Program-made: the position numbers and the translations under genes | Part shown: piece after piece, positions 1 through 10,284 of the stretch | How positions within the stretch are numbered: position 1 is the stretch's first letter | How the letters are laid out: each line of letters begins with the position of its first letter | Origin: Spirochaetaceae bacterium | GTDB taxonomy: Bacteria > Spirochaetota > Spirochaetia > DSM-2461 | Direction of reading: 5' to 3' | Length of the DNA: 64,000 nt | Assembly: GCA_051531975.1 (NCBI GenBank) | Contig: JAOPTT010000007.1 | Location: 152,985-216,984, forward strand | Notes under the pieces: model-generated | Database searches by the model: none | What the model was told of the DNA's origin: nothing | The model's input: only the letters and a program-made list of their open reading frames with translations

Positions 1-1075
1 CTATATCTTCATGCCACATTAAACCTAAGTGATTATATCCACCTGTAATATCATAAGCTTCTAAACATACCCAACTCATTTCGTTTGTTGCATCTTTACT
101 GTTTATATCTCGTCCACCAAATGACCAATAGTTTCCACCATATTTAAGGTAAAGTTCAGCAATAAGTGAGACCGCATCGTCTCTATCTAGAATTCCAGAT
201 TTTATATCTTTTGTATAATACTCTATTAATAATTGATCTAGTCGACCATAACCATTTCCATGTCCATTTATTCTCTCTACTGTTGTATATAGCTGAATCC
301 ACTGTACAGCTTCTGTAAATGTTTTTGGAGCATCATTAATAATTGCTCTACAGTTTTTCTCAATAAAATTATAATTATCTATGTTTTGCTCATCACTTTC
401 ATTCGTGGATAGTTCATTCGCTACATCTGCGTGTTTTTCTACATATCTAATTATTGCTTTTAGTACTATTTCTGAAGCATCTAAATATTCAGCTGATTGT
501 ATATTTCCAAATTTTATAAATTTTTCTTTATTGGCTTTAACTTTAGCTAATAGACCACCCCAACCAAGTTTTAAACCTATACTTAAATCAGGACATGTAT
601 GGGTAAAGCTTATTCCACCAGCGCCAAGATCTCTTGCATCTCTTCCTAGTTTTCGTTGACTCTCTGGATATTGAAAGAATCTTGCTTCTTCTAACATCCA
701 ATGGAACTCTCCAACAAGACGTTCGTTTGCTAATACTTCTGCAGGGCTATGATCTAAAAAGAATGCATAATCTTCTGCCCAGTTTCCACAGGAATATTCA
801 AAGCCAATTACTTTAGATGGCATCTCTTTTGCATATGGGAAAGGACCACCAACATCAACCCTTGCATTATGATCTCCGATGTTGATTCTTTTATCATCAG
901 CTGCTGAAAGTTCTCCTGTATTTGGACTAAAAGCTGCAGCTTCACCGGACCAGTGGTATACTAGAAATTCTGCATTATCTACGTATACATTTCTTTTATT
1001 CTCAACAGCCAATGTATGGCTTCTTTCATTTAATGCTTCGATTCTACTATTTGCCTTTTTAGGATTCCCTTTCAT
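1..1075 (-). CDS. Glycyl-radical enzyme, pyruvate formate-lyase-like family (5' part; runs off window start; absent from ORF track)
   Basis: Hand translation from ATG 1075 (SD GGAG at 1082-1085) stays open to base 1: MKGNPKKANSRIEALNERSH...HTCPDLSIGLKLGWGGLL...APKTFTEAVQWIQL...GYGRLDQLLIEYYTKD...GGRDINSKDATNEMS, motifs typical of the PFL-like domain. The Cys and Gly loops lie outside the window. Confidence 0.85.
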   Translation of the reverse strand, partial: MKGNPKKANSRIEALNERSHTLAVENKRNVYVDNAEFLVYHWSGEAAAFSPNTGELSAADDKRINIGDHNARVDVGGPFPYAKEMPSKVIGFEYSCGNWAEDYAFFLDHSPAEVLANERLVGEFHWMLEEARFFQYPESQRKLGRDARDLGAGGISFTHTCPDLSIGLKLGWGGLLAKVKANKEKFIKFGNIQSAEYLDASEIVLKAIIRYVEKHADVANELSTNESDEQNIDNYNFIEKNCRAIINDAPKTFTEAVQWIQLYTTVERINGHGNGYGRLDQLLIEYYTKDIKSGILDRDDAVSLIAELYLKYGGNYWSFGGRDINSKDATNEMSWVCLEAYDITGGYNHLGLMWHEDI

Positions 1076-1130
1076 GCATAACTCCTTAAACTCTCTAATT
1101 TAAGGTTATCATCTACTGCTATATTAACAA

Positions 1131-1168
1131 GTTCACAAATTTAGAATAGTTGTTCATAAATTTAGAAT
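1131..1168 (-). promoter_or_regulatory. Tandem 17-bp direct repeat (putative activator site) upstream of the glycyl-radical enzyme gene
   Basis: GTTCACAAATTTAGAAT (1131-1147) and GTTCATAAATTTAGAAT (1152-1168): 16/17 identical, 4-bp gap, 21-bp period, abutting a TTGTTA -35-like hexamer on the minus strand. Confidence 0.7.
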
Positions 1169-1171
1169 GAC

Positions 1172-1954
1172 TCATAAGTTGAAAGAATCATCATTGCACA
1201 ATTTATATTCAACATCATTGGTATTAAGGAAATTTATCCACTCAGATGAAAGTTGTTGATCTGTAACTATCATATGTATACTTTTAAATTCTGTAATTGA
1301 GACAAAAGAAGTTTTGTTTATCTTTGACTTATCTGAAATAAGTATTCTGGTTGTGGATTGATTAAGCATAGCTCTTTTTATATTTGCATCCTGCTCATTG
1401 GCATCAGTTATTCCAGTAATCATATCAACTGCATCACAACCGATAAATGCCTTGTCAGCATAATATTGACCTATAGATGTAATAGCGGAGTGCCCTACAA
1501 AACTTCTGGACATTGGCCTCATTGTTCCACCAATACCTATAACTTTTATTCCAGGATTATCGGCTATCAGCATTGTTATTTCACAAGAATTTGTAATAAC
1601 AATAAGGTTATTAATATTACCTAAGTTCCCGGCTATTTCCAAAGCTGTAGAGCTTGCATCTAGAAAAATTGTATCCCCTTCGTTTATCATCAATGAGCAA
1701 CTATATGCAATTTTTTGTTTCCCACTACTATTAATTACTTTTCTTGTCGAAGAGGGAAGTACCCGGTGCATATTTCTCTTTATAGTAGCTCCTCCATAAA
1801 TCTTATCAATTAGATCTTCTGAAGCCATCTTGTTTAAGTCTCTTCTAATTGTTTCTTCTCCAACTTTGCTTAACTGGCTTAGTTCGGAAACTGTGATACT
1901 TCCACGCTGCTTTATAATGTTGAATATATATTGTCTTCTTTCAATACTTAGCAC
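1172..1954 (-). CDS. DeoR/GlpR-family transcriptional regulator (FucR-like by context)
   Basis: N-terminal HTH 'VGEETIRRDLNKM', 'IFLDASSTA', 'VITNS', 'SDKSK'; GTG start with SD AGGAG. Confidence 0.92.
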   Translation of the reverse strand: MLSIERRQYIFNIIKQRGSITVSELSQLSKVGEETIRRDLNKMASEDLIDKIYGGATIKRNMHRVLPSSTRKVINSSGKQKIAYSCSLMINEGDTIFLDASSTALEIAGNLGNINNLIVITNSCEITMLIADNPGIKVIGIGGTMRPMSRSFVGHSAITSIGQYYADKAFIGCDAVDMITGITDANEQDANIKRAMLNQSTTRILISDKSKINKTSFVSITEFKSIHMIVTDQQLSSEWINFLNTNDVEYKLCNDDSFNL

Positions 1955-2079
1955 TTCTTCTCCTAACCTTCATCTTTTAATAAATAAATGTTGATTTTTG
2001 TTGTAATTATACATTGTTTGTGTGGTTTTGCAATGAGTTTATGTTGACGATTAGATATTTATCAATATATAGTACTGTT

Positions 2080-2709
2080 ATGAACTATAAAGAAGAGAAA
2101 ATAGAAACAGCCCAAATTATGGAAAGATTATACAATAACCACCTAACAACATGTTCAGGTGGGAATATCAGCCTTAGAGTTAATGAAGATACTATATTGA
2201 TTACACCCTCGGCACTTGATAAAGGCAATCTTAAAAGTGAGACTATTGCAGTTGTTAAACTTAGTGGGGAAAATCTAACACCCCACTTAAAAACAAGTAT
2301 AGAAACTGAAATGCATTTGGATATTTATAGAGCTAGACCCGATGTTAAAGCCATCGTACATGCCCATCCAATCCATGCAAGTCTATTTACAGCGACAGAT
2401 AAAAAAATAAGAACCGATCTGCTTGCTGAATCTAGGTTTATGCTTGGAGAGCCGGAGTTTGCTGCTTATTCACTTATGGGCACAAAAGAACTGGCCCTAA
2501 ATGTCAGTAGAGCATTCTCAGATATAAAAACAAGGGTAGTCCTCATGGAGAACCATGGTGTTATTACTATAGGAGAAAGTCTGTTTCAAGCTTATGATCG
2601 AATAGAAGTCCTAGAAGCATCAGCAAGAATGACCTATATGGGAGAGTTGTTAGGGGGAGTTAAAGGAATCTCTAAAGAAAGATTGATTGCCATTGATGAG
2701 ATGTTATAA
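2080..2709 (+). CDS. fucA: Class II aldolase (L-fuculose-1-phosphate aldolase-like)
   Basis: 'GGNIS', 'LITPS', 'SIETEMHLDIY', 'IVHAHP', 'ENHGV' Zn-aldolase motifs; near fucI and a kinase. Start moved to ATG 2080. Confidence 0.78.
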   Translation: MNYKEEKIETAQIMERLYNNHLTTCSGGNISLRVNEDTILITPSALDKGNLKSETIAVVKLSGENLTPHLKTSIETEMHLDIYRARPDVKAIVHAHPIHASLFTATDKKIRTDLLAESRFMLGEPEFAAYSLMGTKELALNVSRAFSDIKTRVVLMENHGVITIGESLFQAYDRIEVLEASARMTYMGELLGGVKGISKERLIAIDEML

Positions 2710-2734
2710 TTTTATATTTATGATTTTGTAGATA

Positions 2735-3328
2735 TTAATATTGAAGTAATTTTATCGCTGTATATAAAAGTAACAGTGCTAATACAATATTTAGTGATAT
2801 TCTAAGTTTGTCATTTTTAAATATATGTTTTATTACAGTTCCAAATAGAGTCCAAGTCGAAACTGCAAAAAAAGTTACAAAACCTATATATAAAATTGTC
2901 ATTGGCATAAAAATTGATTTTATTGGAACTTCTTTAAAAAATGTTGAATAGACTGACAGCCCATAAACCACCGCTTTAGGATTTATTAGTTGTAAAATAA
3001 CACCTCGACCGTAATTTAGAGGTTGGGTATTTGTTAGGTTAAATCCATAACTAATTTTTAATGTTTTATAAGCTAAATAAGTTATATATAACGCTCCTAG
3101 TACCGTCATTACTGTTTTGAACATTGGAAATATTAAAACTATTGTAGAGGATAGGACTGCACATAAAAACATCACTACCATAGTTCCGGTAAATATCCCC
3201 ATAATATATTTAAAAGAGGGTTTGTATCCAAAGTTTAGCCCCATAGAGGCACATGTAATATTATTTGGTCCTGGTGAAAATGCAGTAATAATTGAAAATG
3301 GGATTAGTGTTAATAGATCTATATTCAT
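2735..3328 (-). CDS. LysE/RhtB-family amino-acid exporter
   Basis: 'FSPGPNN', 'LQLINPKA', about 6 hydrophobic helices, 197 aa. Confidence 0.9.
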   Translation of the reverse strand: MNIDLLTLIPFSIITAFSPGPNNITCASMGLNFGYKPSFKYIMGIFTGTMVVMFLCAVLSSTIVLIFPMFKTVMTVLGALYITYLAYKTLKISYGFNLTNTQPLNYGRGVILQLINPKAVVYGLSVYSTFFKEVPIKSIFMPMTILYIGFVTFFAVSTWTLFGTVIKHIFKNDKLRISLNIVLALLLLYTAIKLLQY

Positions 3329-3363
3329 AAATATCCTCTTTATTTAAAAGTACTACATAGGGA

Positions 3364-3379
3364 CTTTAAAGATCAAGAG
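3364..3379. repeat. Isolated copy of the arm of the hairpin at 6076-6112
   Basis: CTTTAAAGATCAAGAG is the exact reverse complement of 6077-6092, and 3365-3379 equals 6097-6111. Confidence 0.75.
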
Positions 3380-3490
3380 GGTAGAACGATTGTTTTAGTG
3401 TATTAGCACAGTTTATTGATAGTTCCTATTATTTTGTTGTAGTATTTAATAAATAATAATATCGGTGAATAAATATGATATTATTTATAT

Positions 3491-4327
3491 ATGAATTATT
3501 ACACTAAAAATAGATATGACAATCTTCCACAATTTATTTCTGCAGATCATGAAATAATAAATTCTCCTCTGTATATTAGGCATGAAAAAGGTAAAACGAA
3601 GAGTGAGTTATATGTAATTAAATTTACCCTCTCAGGTAGTGGTATTATTATAAAAGATGGTAGAGAGTTTAAAATTAATAAAGGCCAGGGTTTTATATGG
3701 GAAATTGGGGACGAGTCTATTTCATATAAATTCCCTAAAGATGCAGAAACTCCATGGGAGTTTTTCTGGTTTCATTTCAGATCAAAGATGGGGAAAAGTT
3801 TAGTTGAGGAGATTATACACCAGAAAGGTGCACATTTTGAACTGCCCTTAGACGATAAGGCTTTAGTTAAAATTATTAATTTCATAGATAAGTCTATTAA
3901 AACCCAAGATATTGATATAGAAGCAACTTATGGTTCAAATATAATAAATTCTTTTTTAGAGTCAATAATTTATAGGCATAATAGTGTAGTAGAAAATAAA
4001 AATGATCTTACTATTAGCGATAAAGCAAAAAAGTATATTAAAGATAATATTAAAAAGGACATAACTGTTATAGATATTGCAAATTATTTACAAATATCCA
4101 GAGAACATTTAACTAGGGTTTTCTCCTACGCTCTTGGAGTAACACCCTCATTTTTTATTAAACAAGAGAAGCTTGAACTTGGGAAATACCTACTTTTAAC
4201 TACGGATCAAACTGTAAAAGAGATCTGTTTTAATATTGGTATATATAATACAGACAGATTTAGAAATATATTTAAACAGGAATTTGGTTTTACTCCAACA
4301 AGTTATAGGGAGATAAAAAAACATTAA
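3491..4327 (+). CDS. AraC-family transcriptional regulator
   Basis: Cupin-like N-terminus ('PWEFFWFHF') and C-terminal double HTH ('ISREHLTRVF...FKQEFGFTPTSYRE'). Confidence 0.92.
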   Translation: MNYYTKNRYDNLPQFISADHEIINSPLYIRHEKGKTKSELYVIKFTLSGSGIIIKDGREFKINKGQGFIWEIGDESISYKFPKDAETPWEFFWFHFRSKMGKSLVEEIIHQKGAHFELPLDDKALVKIINFIDKSIKTQDIDIEATYGSNIINSFLESIIYRHNSVVENKNDLTISDKAKKYIKDNIKKDITVIDIANYLQISREHLTRVFSYALGVTPSFFIKQEKLELGKYLLLTTDQTVKEICFNIGIYNTDRFRNIFKQEFGFTPTSYREIKKH

Positions 4328-4329
4328 AA

Positions 4330-4357
4330 TGTGATATCGACATTTGATTTGTGACAT
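4330..4357 (+). promoter_or_regulatory. Putative AraC half-site pair upstream of the GH123-like gene
   Basis: TGTGATAT (4330) and TGTGACAT (4350), 20-bp period, directly downstream of the araC gene. Confidence 0.35.
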
Positions 4358-4431
4358 GTATAACTTTGTTAATATGCAATAGTAAATTAAGCTCCTATAC
4401 TACAATAAACATAACTATCTTAGGAGTTTAA

Positions 4432-6072
4432 ATGGAAAATAGGTTAGAATTTAGAATTATTAGTTCACTTGAAAAGGTATTACCAAAGGATAAATTAGAT
4501 TGTTTATCGATTTCTGAAGCTACTGTACTAAAAGGTGAGGTTTTTAGTTTTCAGATTGCATATAGAGATACCTCCGGGTTAAAAAACTATAATATAAAGG
4601 TAATAGATCAACCTGAACTATCTAACAACATTAAAATTAGAACAGTAGGTTTGGTCCCGTCTGAGTTCCCGTGTTACTCAGATCATGATGATAATATTAT
4701 AAGTAGTAGTTCTGGACTCTATCCAGATGTTCTTTATCCTTTAAACGATGGAGACTTCTTAAGAACTTATCCAAACCAGTGGCGAAGTATTTGGATAACT
4801 GTAGATATTCCTAAAAATATTAATAGTGGAGTAAAGGAAATTATCTTTAAAATAGAAGATGAAGACCATAAAATAGAGGAAAATTTAACTTTTAATCTAA
4901 ATATATTAAATAACTTACTTCCAAAACAGAAATTGATAAATACTCAATGGTTTCATGGGGATTGTGTAGCTACATATTATAAAGATGAGATCTTCAGTGA
5001 AAATCATTGGAATAGATTAAACGAGCAGTTCTTAAACTGTACTTCCCACGGAATGAACATGTTATTAACTCCGATATTTACACCTCCTCTTGATACAAAG
5101 ATAGGTGGAGAGCGACCAACCATACAGCTTATTAATGTTGTAAAAACAGGGGGTAATTATAAATTTGATTTTACTAAATTAAATAGATGGATAGATATGG
5201 CACTAAATGCTGGATTTGAATTTATAGAAGTATCCCACCTTGCAACACAGTGGGGAGCTGAGTTTTGTCCAAAGATTATTGCAACTGAAGATGGAATCGA
5301 TATACAGATCTTTGGATGGGAAACAAAATCTCTTAGTCCTGAATATATTAATTTTTTAGGTCAGTTATTACCAGAATTAGATAAGTTTTTTATTGATAAA
5401 GGTATTAAGAAAAATGTATATTTTCATGTTTCAGATGAACCAAGCTTAGAACATTTGGAACAATTCCAGAAGATATCGTCAGTATTCAGAAAGTATCTTA
5501 AGGATTATAATTTTATAGATGCACTGTCTGATTTTGACTTTTATAAAACTGGGGCAATTCCAACACCAATACCAGCTATTGATCACATTGAACCATTCCT
5601 TGAAGAGGGACTTGATAATTTATGGGCATATTATTGCTGTGTACAATATAAGGATGTATCAAATAGATTTTTTAACATGCCATCTGCTAGAAACAGAATT
5701 ATTGGTCTGTTATTATATAAGTTTAAGATAAAAGGGTTTCTACACTGGGGCTATAATTTTTATTTTACTCAATTTTCAATTAAAGAGATTAATCCATTCC
5801 TTGAAACAGATGCAGGAGGAGGTTTTCCATCAGGGGACTCATATATGGTATATCCAGGGGAAGATGGTCCACTAGATTCAATACGGCATGAAGTATTTTA
5901 TGAAGGTTTACAGGATCTAAGAGCTCTAGAGTTATTAGAGAGTATTAAAGGCCGAGATTTTGTTATGAATCTATTAGAGGGTGATCTTAAAGATAAGTTA
6001 ACATTTAAGGTTTATCCTAGATCTGCAGAGTGGTTATTGGATAAAAGATCCCAAATTAATAACTATCTATAA
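4432..6072 (+). CDS. DUF4091 / GH123-like glycoside hydrolase (possible beta-N-acetylgalactosaminidase), no signal peptide
   Basis: Adjacent Asp-Glu pair 'FHVSDEPS', 'WAYYCC', 'GFLHWGYNFY', and C-terminal 'FPSGDSYMVYPG...SIRHEVFYEGLQDLRAL' (DUF4091-like). Confidence 0.75.
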   Translation: MENRLEFRIISSLEKVLPKDKLDCLSISEATVLKGEVFSFQIAYRDTSGLKNYNIKVIDQPELSNNIKIRTVGLVPSEFPCYSDHDDNIISSSSGLYPDVLYPLNDGDFLRTYPNQWRSIWITVDIPKNINSGVKEIIFKIEDEDHKIEENLTFNLNILNNLLPKQKLINTQWFHGDCVATYYKDEIFSENHWNRLNEQFLNCTSHGMNMLLTPIFTPPLDTKIGGERPTIQLINVVKTGGNYKFDFTKLNRWIDMALNAGFEFIEVSHLATQWGAEFCPKIIATEDGIDIQIFGWETKSLSPEYINFLGQLLPELDKFFIDKGIKKNVYFHVSDEPSLEHLEQFQKISSVFRKYLKDYNFIDALSDFDFYKTGAIPTPIPAIDHIEPFLEEGLDNLWAYYCCVQYKDVSNRFFNMPSARNRIIGLLLYKFKIKGFLHWGYNFYFTQFSIKEINPFLETDAGGGFPSGDSYMVYPGEDGPLDSIRHEVFYEGLQDLRALELLESIKGRDFVMNLLEGDLKDKLTFKVYPRSAEWLLDKRSQINNYL

Positions 6073-6075
6073 AAT

Positions 6076-6112
6076 TCTCTTGATCTTTAAAGATGTTTTA
6101 AAGATCAAGAGA
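6076..6112. terminator. Long hairpin between convergent genes (probable bidirectional terminator)
   Basis: TCTCTTGATCTTTAAA-gatgt-TTTAAAGATCAAGAGA, a perfect 16-bp stem. Confidence 0.75.
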
Positions 6113-6138
6113 GAGGAATTCTTATATGAAAATTTTAA

Positions 6139-7917
6139 TTAATAAAGTGCTCCATAATTTTTACATGCTCTAAAATCAGCACCTTCTAAGTCTTTAGTTC
6201 CGTGGGCAGCCCATGCTTTAGGTCTAAATACTCTATCATCTTCAACATTGTGCATAGATACTGGAATTCTTAACATTGCTGCTAATGTAATTAGTTTATC
6301 CCCAATATGACCATAGGATATTCCACCATGGTTAGCACCCCAGTTATTCATTACAGAATAAACATCTTTAAAAGCACCTTCTCCGGTAGTTTTTGGAACA
6401 AACCAAGTTGTTGGCCAGGTTTCATTAGTTCTTTTATCTAAAACATCATGAATTTCATCCTCAACATCAACAGCATAACCCTCTGCGATTTGTAATACAG
6501 GACCTATTCCTTTTACAATATTAACTCTAGACATTGTTACAGGAATTTCACCCTTTGTTTTAAATAGAGATGAATAACCACCACCTCTAAAATACTCAGC
6601 TGATGCAGCACACCAGGATGTATTATCAAGACATTTTTGTTTCTCTTCTTCTGATATATCCCAGAATGGTTTTAGAACTCGATCTTTCCCATTCATCATT
6701 TCTCCTGTTCCATCTAATGTTGTTGAACCAGAGTTTATAAGGTGAATCATTCCTGAGTCTGCTGCTCTACCAGTTAATTTTTTACCAGTTACACGTTCAA
6801 CAGCTTCTGGAGTCCAGAATGTTCTAACGTCTGAGAAAATTTGTGCTGTATCTGTTAAAAGGTGACCAAATAACATTGCAACACCATTTAAGGAGTCATT
6901 TTCTGTAGCCATAACAAAGGCTTCTCTAATACCATTCCAATCAAAAGATGAGTTAAGAATAGCTTCTGAGAAGTCACCATTTGGCATATGATCAGTCCAA
7001 TGTCTCTGACCCTGGAAACCAGCAGCAATTGCATTATGCCCCTCTGCTTCTTCAGCAAACCCTAACTCAGCAAGTCTTGGGTTACCAATCATAAGGTCCT
7101 TCATTATCATAGTCATTTTAACAACTACTTCCCAATCTTCTTCTTTATCTTTAGAACTTCGTTGCATCTCTTTTGGGTTAGTATCTTTTCCAACTTTACA
7201 ATTCTCTTTTGTCCATTTTAAAGCTTTCTTGAATTCAACATCATCATATATATTTTCGTCTAATCGTCTTCTGATTTCCACCATATCAACAAATTCAGTT
7301 CTCATTCCAAGGTAGTCTTTAAAGAATCCCATATCTACATAAGAACCGATAATTCCCATTGATACACTACCTATTCCAAGGTAAGACTTACCCTTCATTG
7401 TAGCTACACTTAAACCAGATTTTACAAAGTTTAATAATTTTGTCTGTACATCACCTGGAATCTCTTCATCTCCAGCGTCTTGAACATCTCGGCCATAAAT
7501 AGAGAATACTGGATCGCCTAACTGATCGTGACCTGCAACAGCGGCTGCAAGGAATACAGCCCCTGGTCTCTCAGTACCATTAAATCCCCAAATTGCTTTT
7601 GGAATTCCAGGAGTCTGATCAATAGTTTCAGAACCATAACACCAACATGGTGTAACTGTTAAAGATACTCCAACATTTTCATCTTTGAACTTTTGTTCAC
7701 ACATAGCAGCTTCAGAAACCCCACCAATTGTTGTATCAGCTATAACAATTTCTAGTTTCTCTCCACTTGAGTGTCTTATATTATCAGTAAGAAATTTTGC
7801 TACATTTTCTGCCAGCTTCATTGTCTGATCTTCTAAAGATTCCCGAACACCCATTCTTCTACCATCAATTGTTGGTCTAATTCCTACTTTTGGTAATTTC
7901 CCTCTAAGTCTATTCAC
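6139..7917 (-). CDS. fucI: L-fucose isomerase (also acts as D-arabinose isomerase)
   Basis: '[13 protein letters not shown]', '[10 protein letters not shown]', '[11 protein letters not shown]', 'ATENDSLNG', 'NWGANHG'. Start moved to GTG 7917 (SD GGAG, just after the kinase stop). Confidence 0.96.
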   Translation of the reverse strand: MNRLRGKLPKVGIRPTIDGRRMGVRESLEDQTMKLAENVAKFLTDNIRHSSGEKLEIVIADTTIGGVSEAAMCEQKFKDENVGVSLTVTPCWCYGSETIDQTPGIPKAIWGFNGTERPGAVFLAAAVAGHDQLGDPVFSIYGRDVQDAGDEEIPGDVQTKLLNFVKSGLSVATMKGKSYLGIGSVSMGIIGSYVDMGFFKDYLGMRTEFVDMVEIRRRLDENIYDDVEFKKALKWTKENCKVGKDTNPKEMQRSSKDKEEDWEVVVKMTMIMKDLMIGNPRLAELGFAEEAEGHNAIAAGFQGQRHWTDHMPNGDFSEAILNSSFDWNGIREAFVMATENDSLNGVAMLFGHLLTDTAQIFSDVRTFWTPEAVERVTGKKLTGRAADSGMIHLINSGSTTLDGTGEMMNGKDRVLKPFWDISEEEKQKCLDNTSWCAASAEYFRGGGYSSLFKTKGEIPVTMSRVNIVKGIGPVLQIAEGYAVDVEDEIHDVLDKRTNETWPTTWFVPKTTGEGAFKDVYSVMNNWGANHGGISYGHIGDKLITLAAMLRIPVSMHNVEDDRVFRPKAWAAHGTKDLEGADFRACKNYGALY

Positions 7918-7918
7918 T

Positions 7919-9322
7919 TTAATACTCCTTAATTTCAAAAGATCTTTTAACTATCTCTCTTCCTTCGTCTATATTTTTAATATGTCCAGTAGAAATCATC
8001 TGACAGATGATATTTCCATAAACAGAGGCTTCAATAGGCCCCGCATTAACTTTTATTTGTAACTTTTCTGCTGTTAACCGGCATAGGTAATCATCTTGAA
8101 TACCTCCACCAATCATTGAGATTACTGAATATGTTTTTCCAGTAAGTTCTGATATATCTTTAAGACCTGTTATATAAATATCTGTAATTCCGTTATATAC
8201 AGCCTTTGCAATATCTCCATAAGTTTTAGGTTCACTTTGGCCGTTGGTTTTACAATAATCTTTAACCTCAGATTCCATATCTATAGAGTAGTTAAATCTC
8301 TCATCAGCAGGATTTATTGAACAGGTTGTAGTTGACTGTTCTGCTAATTTAATAATATCTGGAAAGTCTAACTGCTCTCCTTTAAGATTCCACTGTTTTT
8401 TTAGTTCCTGTATTATCCATAAACCAGTAATTAGTTTTAGGCACCTTGTACATTTATACCCTAGTTCGTTGGTAAACCCATTGGTTTTAGCCTCTGGACT
8501 ATTAAAAGCTTTTGGTGCCTCTAATCCTAAAAGAGACCATGTCCCACTTATCAAAAATAGGCCATCTTTCTCTATTGGAGCTCCAATTATTGCAGAAGCA
8601 CTATCGTGGCCAGCAATTGAGAATACAGGAACCTGTCCAAGTCCTGTTTCATCTTGAATCTCTTTAGTTAATAATCCATTTAAAGTTCCAGGATCTACTA
8701 AATCCCCTACAATAGATCCAGGTATTTTAAGATCTTCGAATATGGAGCTGCTCCAATCCTTTGTTTCACTATCAATTATAGCTCCAGTTGATGATATTGT
8801 TCTCTCCCAGGTTCTATTCCCAGTTAAAAAATATGCAAATAAATTAGGCATAAATAGAAGCTGATCAGCTCCATGTTCAAGAACTTTTTTTACATGAACA
8901 TCATAATAAATTTGATATATAGAGTTAAAAGGAAAGTGCTGAATCCCACTTCTCGCATATATTTCATCTTCAGAAATTATATTATGTACTTCTGGGATAA
9001 CTTTAGATGTTCTATCATCTCTGTAGTGGTAGGGTATATATAGTAAGTCTCCATTTTTATCTAACCAACCATAATCTACACCCCATGTATCTATACCAAT
9101 ACCCATAACTTCTGTGTCTGGGATTTTTGAGATCTTTTTTAAGCCAATCTTAATCTCTTGTAATATGTATAGAAAATTAACATGTAATGACTTACGTAGA
9201 TGAATAGGTCCATTTTTAAACCTATGTATCTCTTCTAAAATTATTTTATCTGAACTAGGTCTACCCAGGATTACTCTACCACTAGATGCCCCAAGATCAA
9301 TTGCAATAAATGCCTTTCCCAT
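7919..9322 (-). CDS. Rhamnulokinase/fuculokinase-type FGGY kinase
   Basis: '[10 protein letters not shown]', 'GIDTWGVDY', 'GHDSASA', 'ISGTWSLLG'; co-transcribed with fucI. Confidence 0.9.
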   Translation of the reverse strand: MGKAFIAIDLGASSGRVILGRPSSDKIILEEIHRFKNGPIHLRKSLHVNFLYILQEIKIGLKKISKIPDTEVMGIGIDTWGVDYGWLDKNGDLLYIPYHYRDDRTSKVIPEVHNIISEDEIYARSGIQHFPFNSIYQIYYDVHVKKVLEHGADQLLFMPNLFAYFLTGNRTWERTISSTGAIIDSETKDWSSSIFEDLKIPGSIVGDLVDPGTLNGLLTKEIQDETGLGQVPVFSIAGHDSASAIIGAPIEKDGLFLISGTWSLLGLEAPKAFNSPEAKTNGFTNELGYKCTRCLKLITGLWIIQELKKQWNLKGEQLDFPDIIKLAEQSTTTCSINPADERFNYSIDMESEVKDYCKTNGQSEPKTYGDIAKAVYNGITDIYITGLKDISELTGKTYSVISMIGGGIQDDYLCRLTAEKLQIKVNAGPIEASVYGNIICQMISTGHIKNIDEGREIVKRSFEIKEY

Positions 9323-9409
9323 ATATGTTTTATCCCCTTGATATGTTTATACACCCGATTTTACCATAAATGTATGGATAATAATGAGTATTTTATGTAT
9401 ATTTACCGC

Positions 9410-10189
9410 ATGGAGAGAGAAAACCCCTTTTTAGCACCTCTTATTGAGTATTTAGGACTTGTAACTATTAATAGATGGTGGGAATCAGAAGAACATATAA
9501 GACCAGTCTGGAAACTCTATTGGAATAGTAAAATAGGTGCAAAACTAAATTTTAACAATAAAAATATCGATTTAAAACCTGAGAAGATATATCTAATAGC
9601 CCCTATGACTCAATACACTCCATATTGTAGGTCTGAAGTAGAACACTTTTATATTCATTTTAGCCTTCCTAGGGAGTATAGTAGTATGTCTCAAGGTATC
9701 TGGGAGATAGATCCAAGACATTTCAGATATTCAGAAATAAGAGATATCAGTAAAGACATATTAAACTCCTATTCTAGAAGACTATTATTTATGGAGATTA
9801 TTAACTTCTCTCTTAGGCAGTTACCTTCAAGCTTTTTTGAACAGAGGCACCATAATCCATTAGGTGAAATTTTTTTATGGTTAGATAAAAATCTTCATAA
9901 AAATTGTGATAATAAAGTATTAGCGGAATTCTCTGGATTCTCAGAAGATACTCTAAATAGGTACTTTTTAAAGGAGACAGGAATTACTCCACAAAAATAT
10001 GTTAGGAATTTACGTATTAGTCGTGGGGCAAATCTATTAAAATTAACAGAAAATAGTGTTGAACAAATTGCAGAACTGTGCGGTTTTTATGATAGGCCTC
10101 ACTTTCATAGACTGTTTAAGAAAGGAACAGGATTTACTCCTGTTGAGTTCCGTTATATGTCACAAAACTCCATAATCCATAGGGTTTAG
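9410..10189 (+). CDS. AraC-family regulator divergent from the kinase-fucI operon
   Basis: C-terminal HTH 'IAELCGFYDRPHFHRLFKKGTGFTPVEFR'. Start probably ATG 9410 (ORF track gives 9338). Confidence 0.9.
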   Translation: MERENPFLAPLIEYLGLVTINRWWESEEHIRPVWKLYWNSKIGAKLNFNNKNIDLKPEKIYLIAPMTQYTPYCRSEVEHFYIHFSLPREYSSMSQGIWEIDPRHFRYSEIRDISKDILNSYSRRLLFMEIINFSLRQLPSSFFEQRHHNPLGEIFLWLDKNLHKNCDNKVLAEFSGFSEDTLNRYFLKETGITPQKYVRNLRISRGANLLKLTENSVEQIAELCGFYDRPHFHRLFKKGTGFTPVEFRYMSQNSIIHRV

Positions 10190-10284
10190 TTGAATATTGT
10201 CCGGTAAATGTAGAAAATTCTCCATTTGAAGGTCAAACTGTAAATAATGTTTTACGATATGAAAATCATGAGTAATAATAAACT

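Noticed and set aside
381..1103. Three short + strand ORFs (381-659, 634-816, 879-1103)
   Set aside because: Antisense shadows of the minus-strand glycyl-radical enzyme frame; no RBS or recognisable motifs.
1980..2050. TGTTG-rich repeats as a DeoR operator
   Set aside because: Irregular spacing and low complexity; no second instance found upstream of the kinase-fucI operon.
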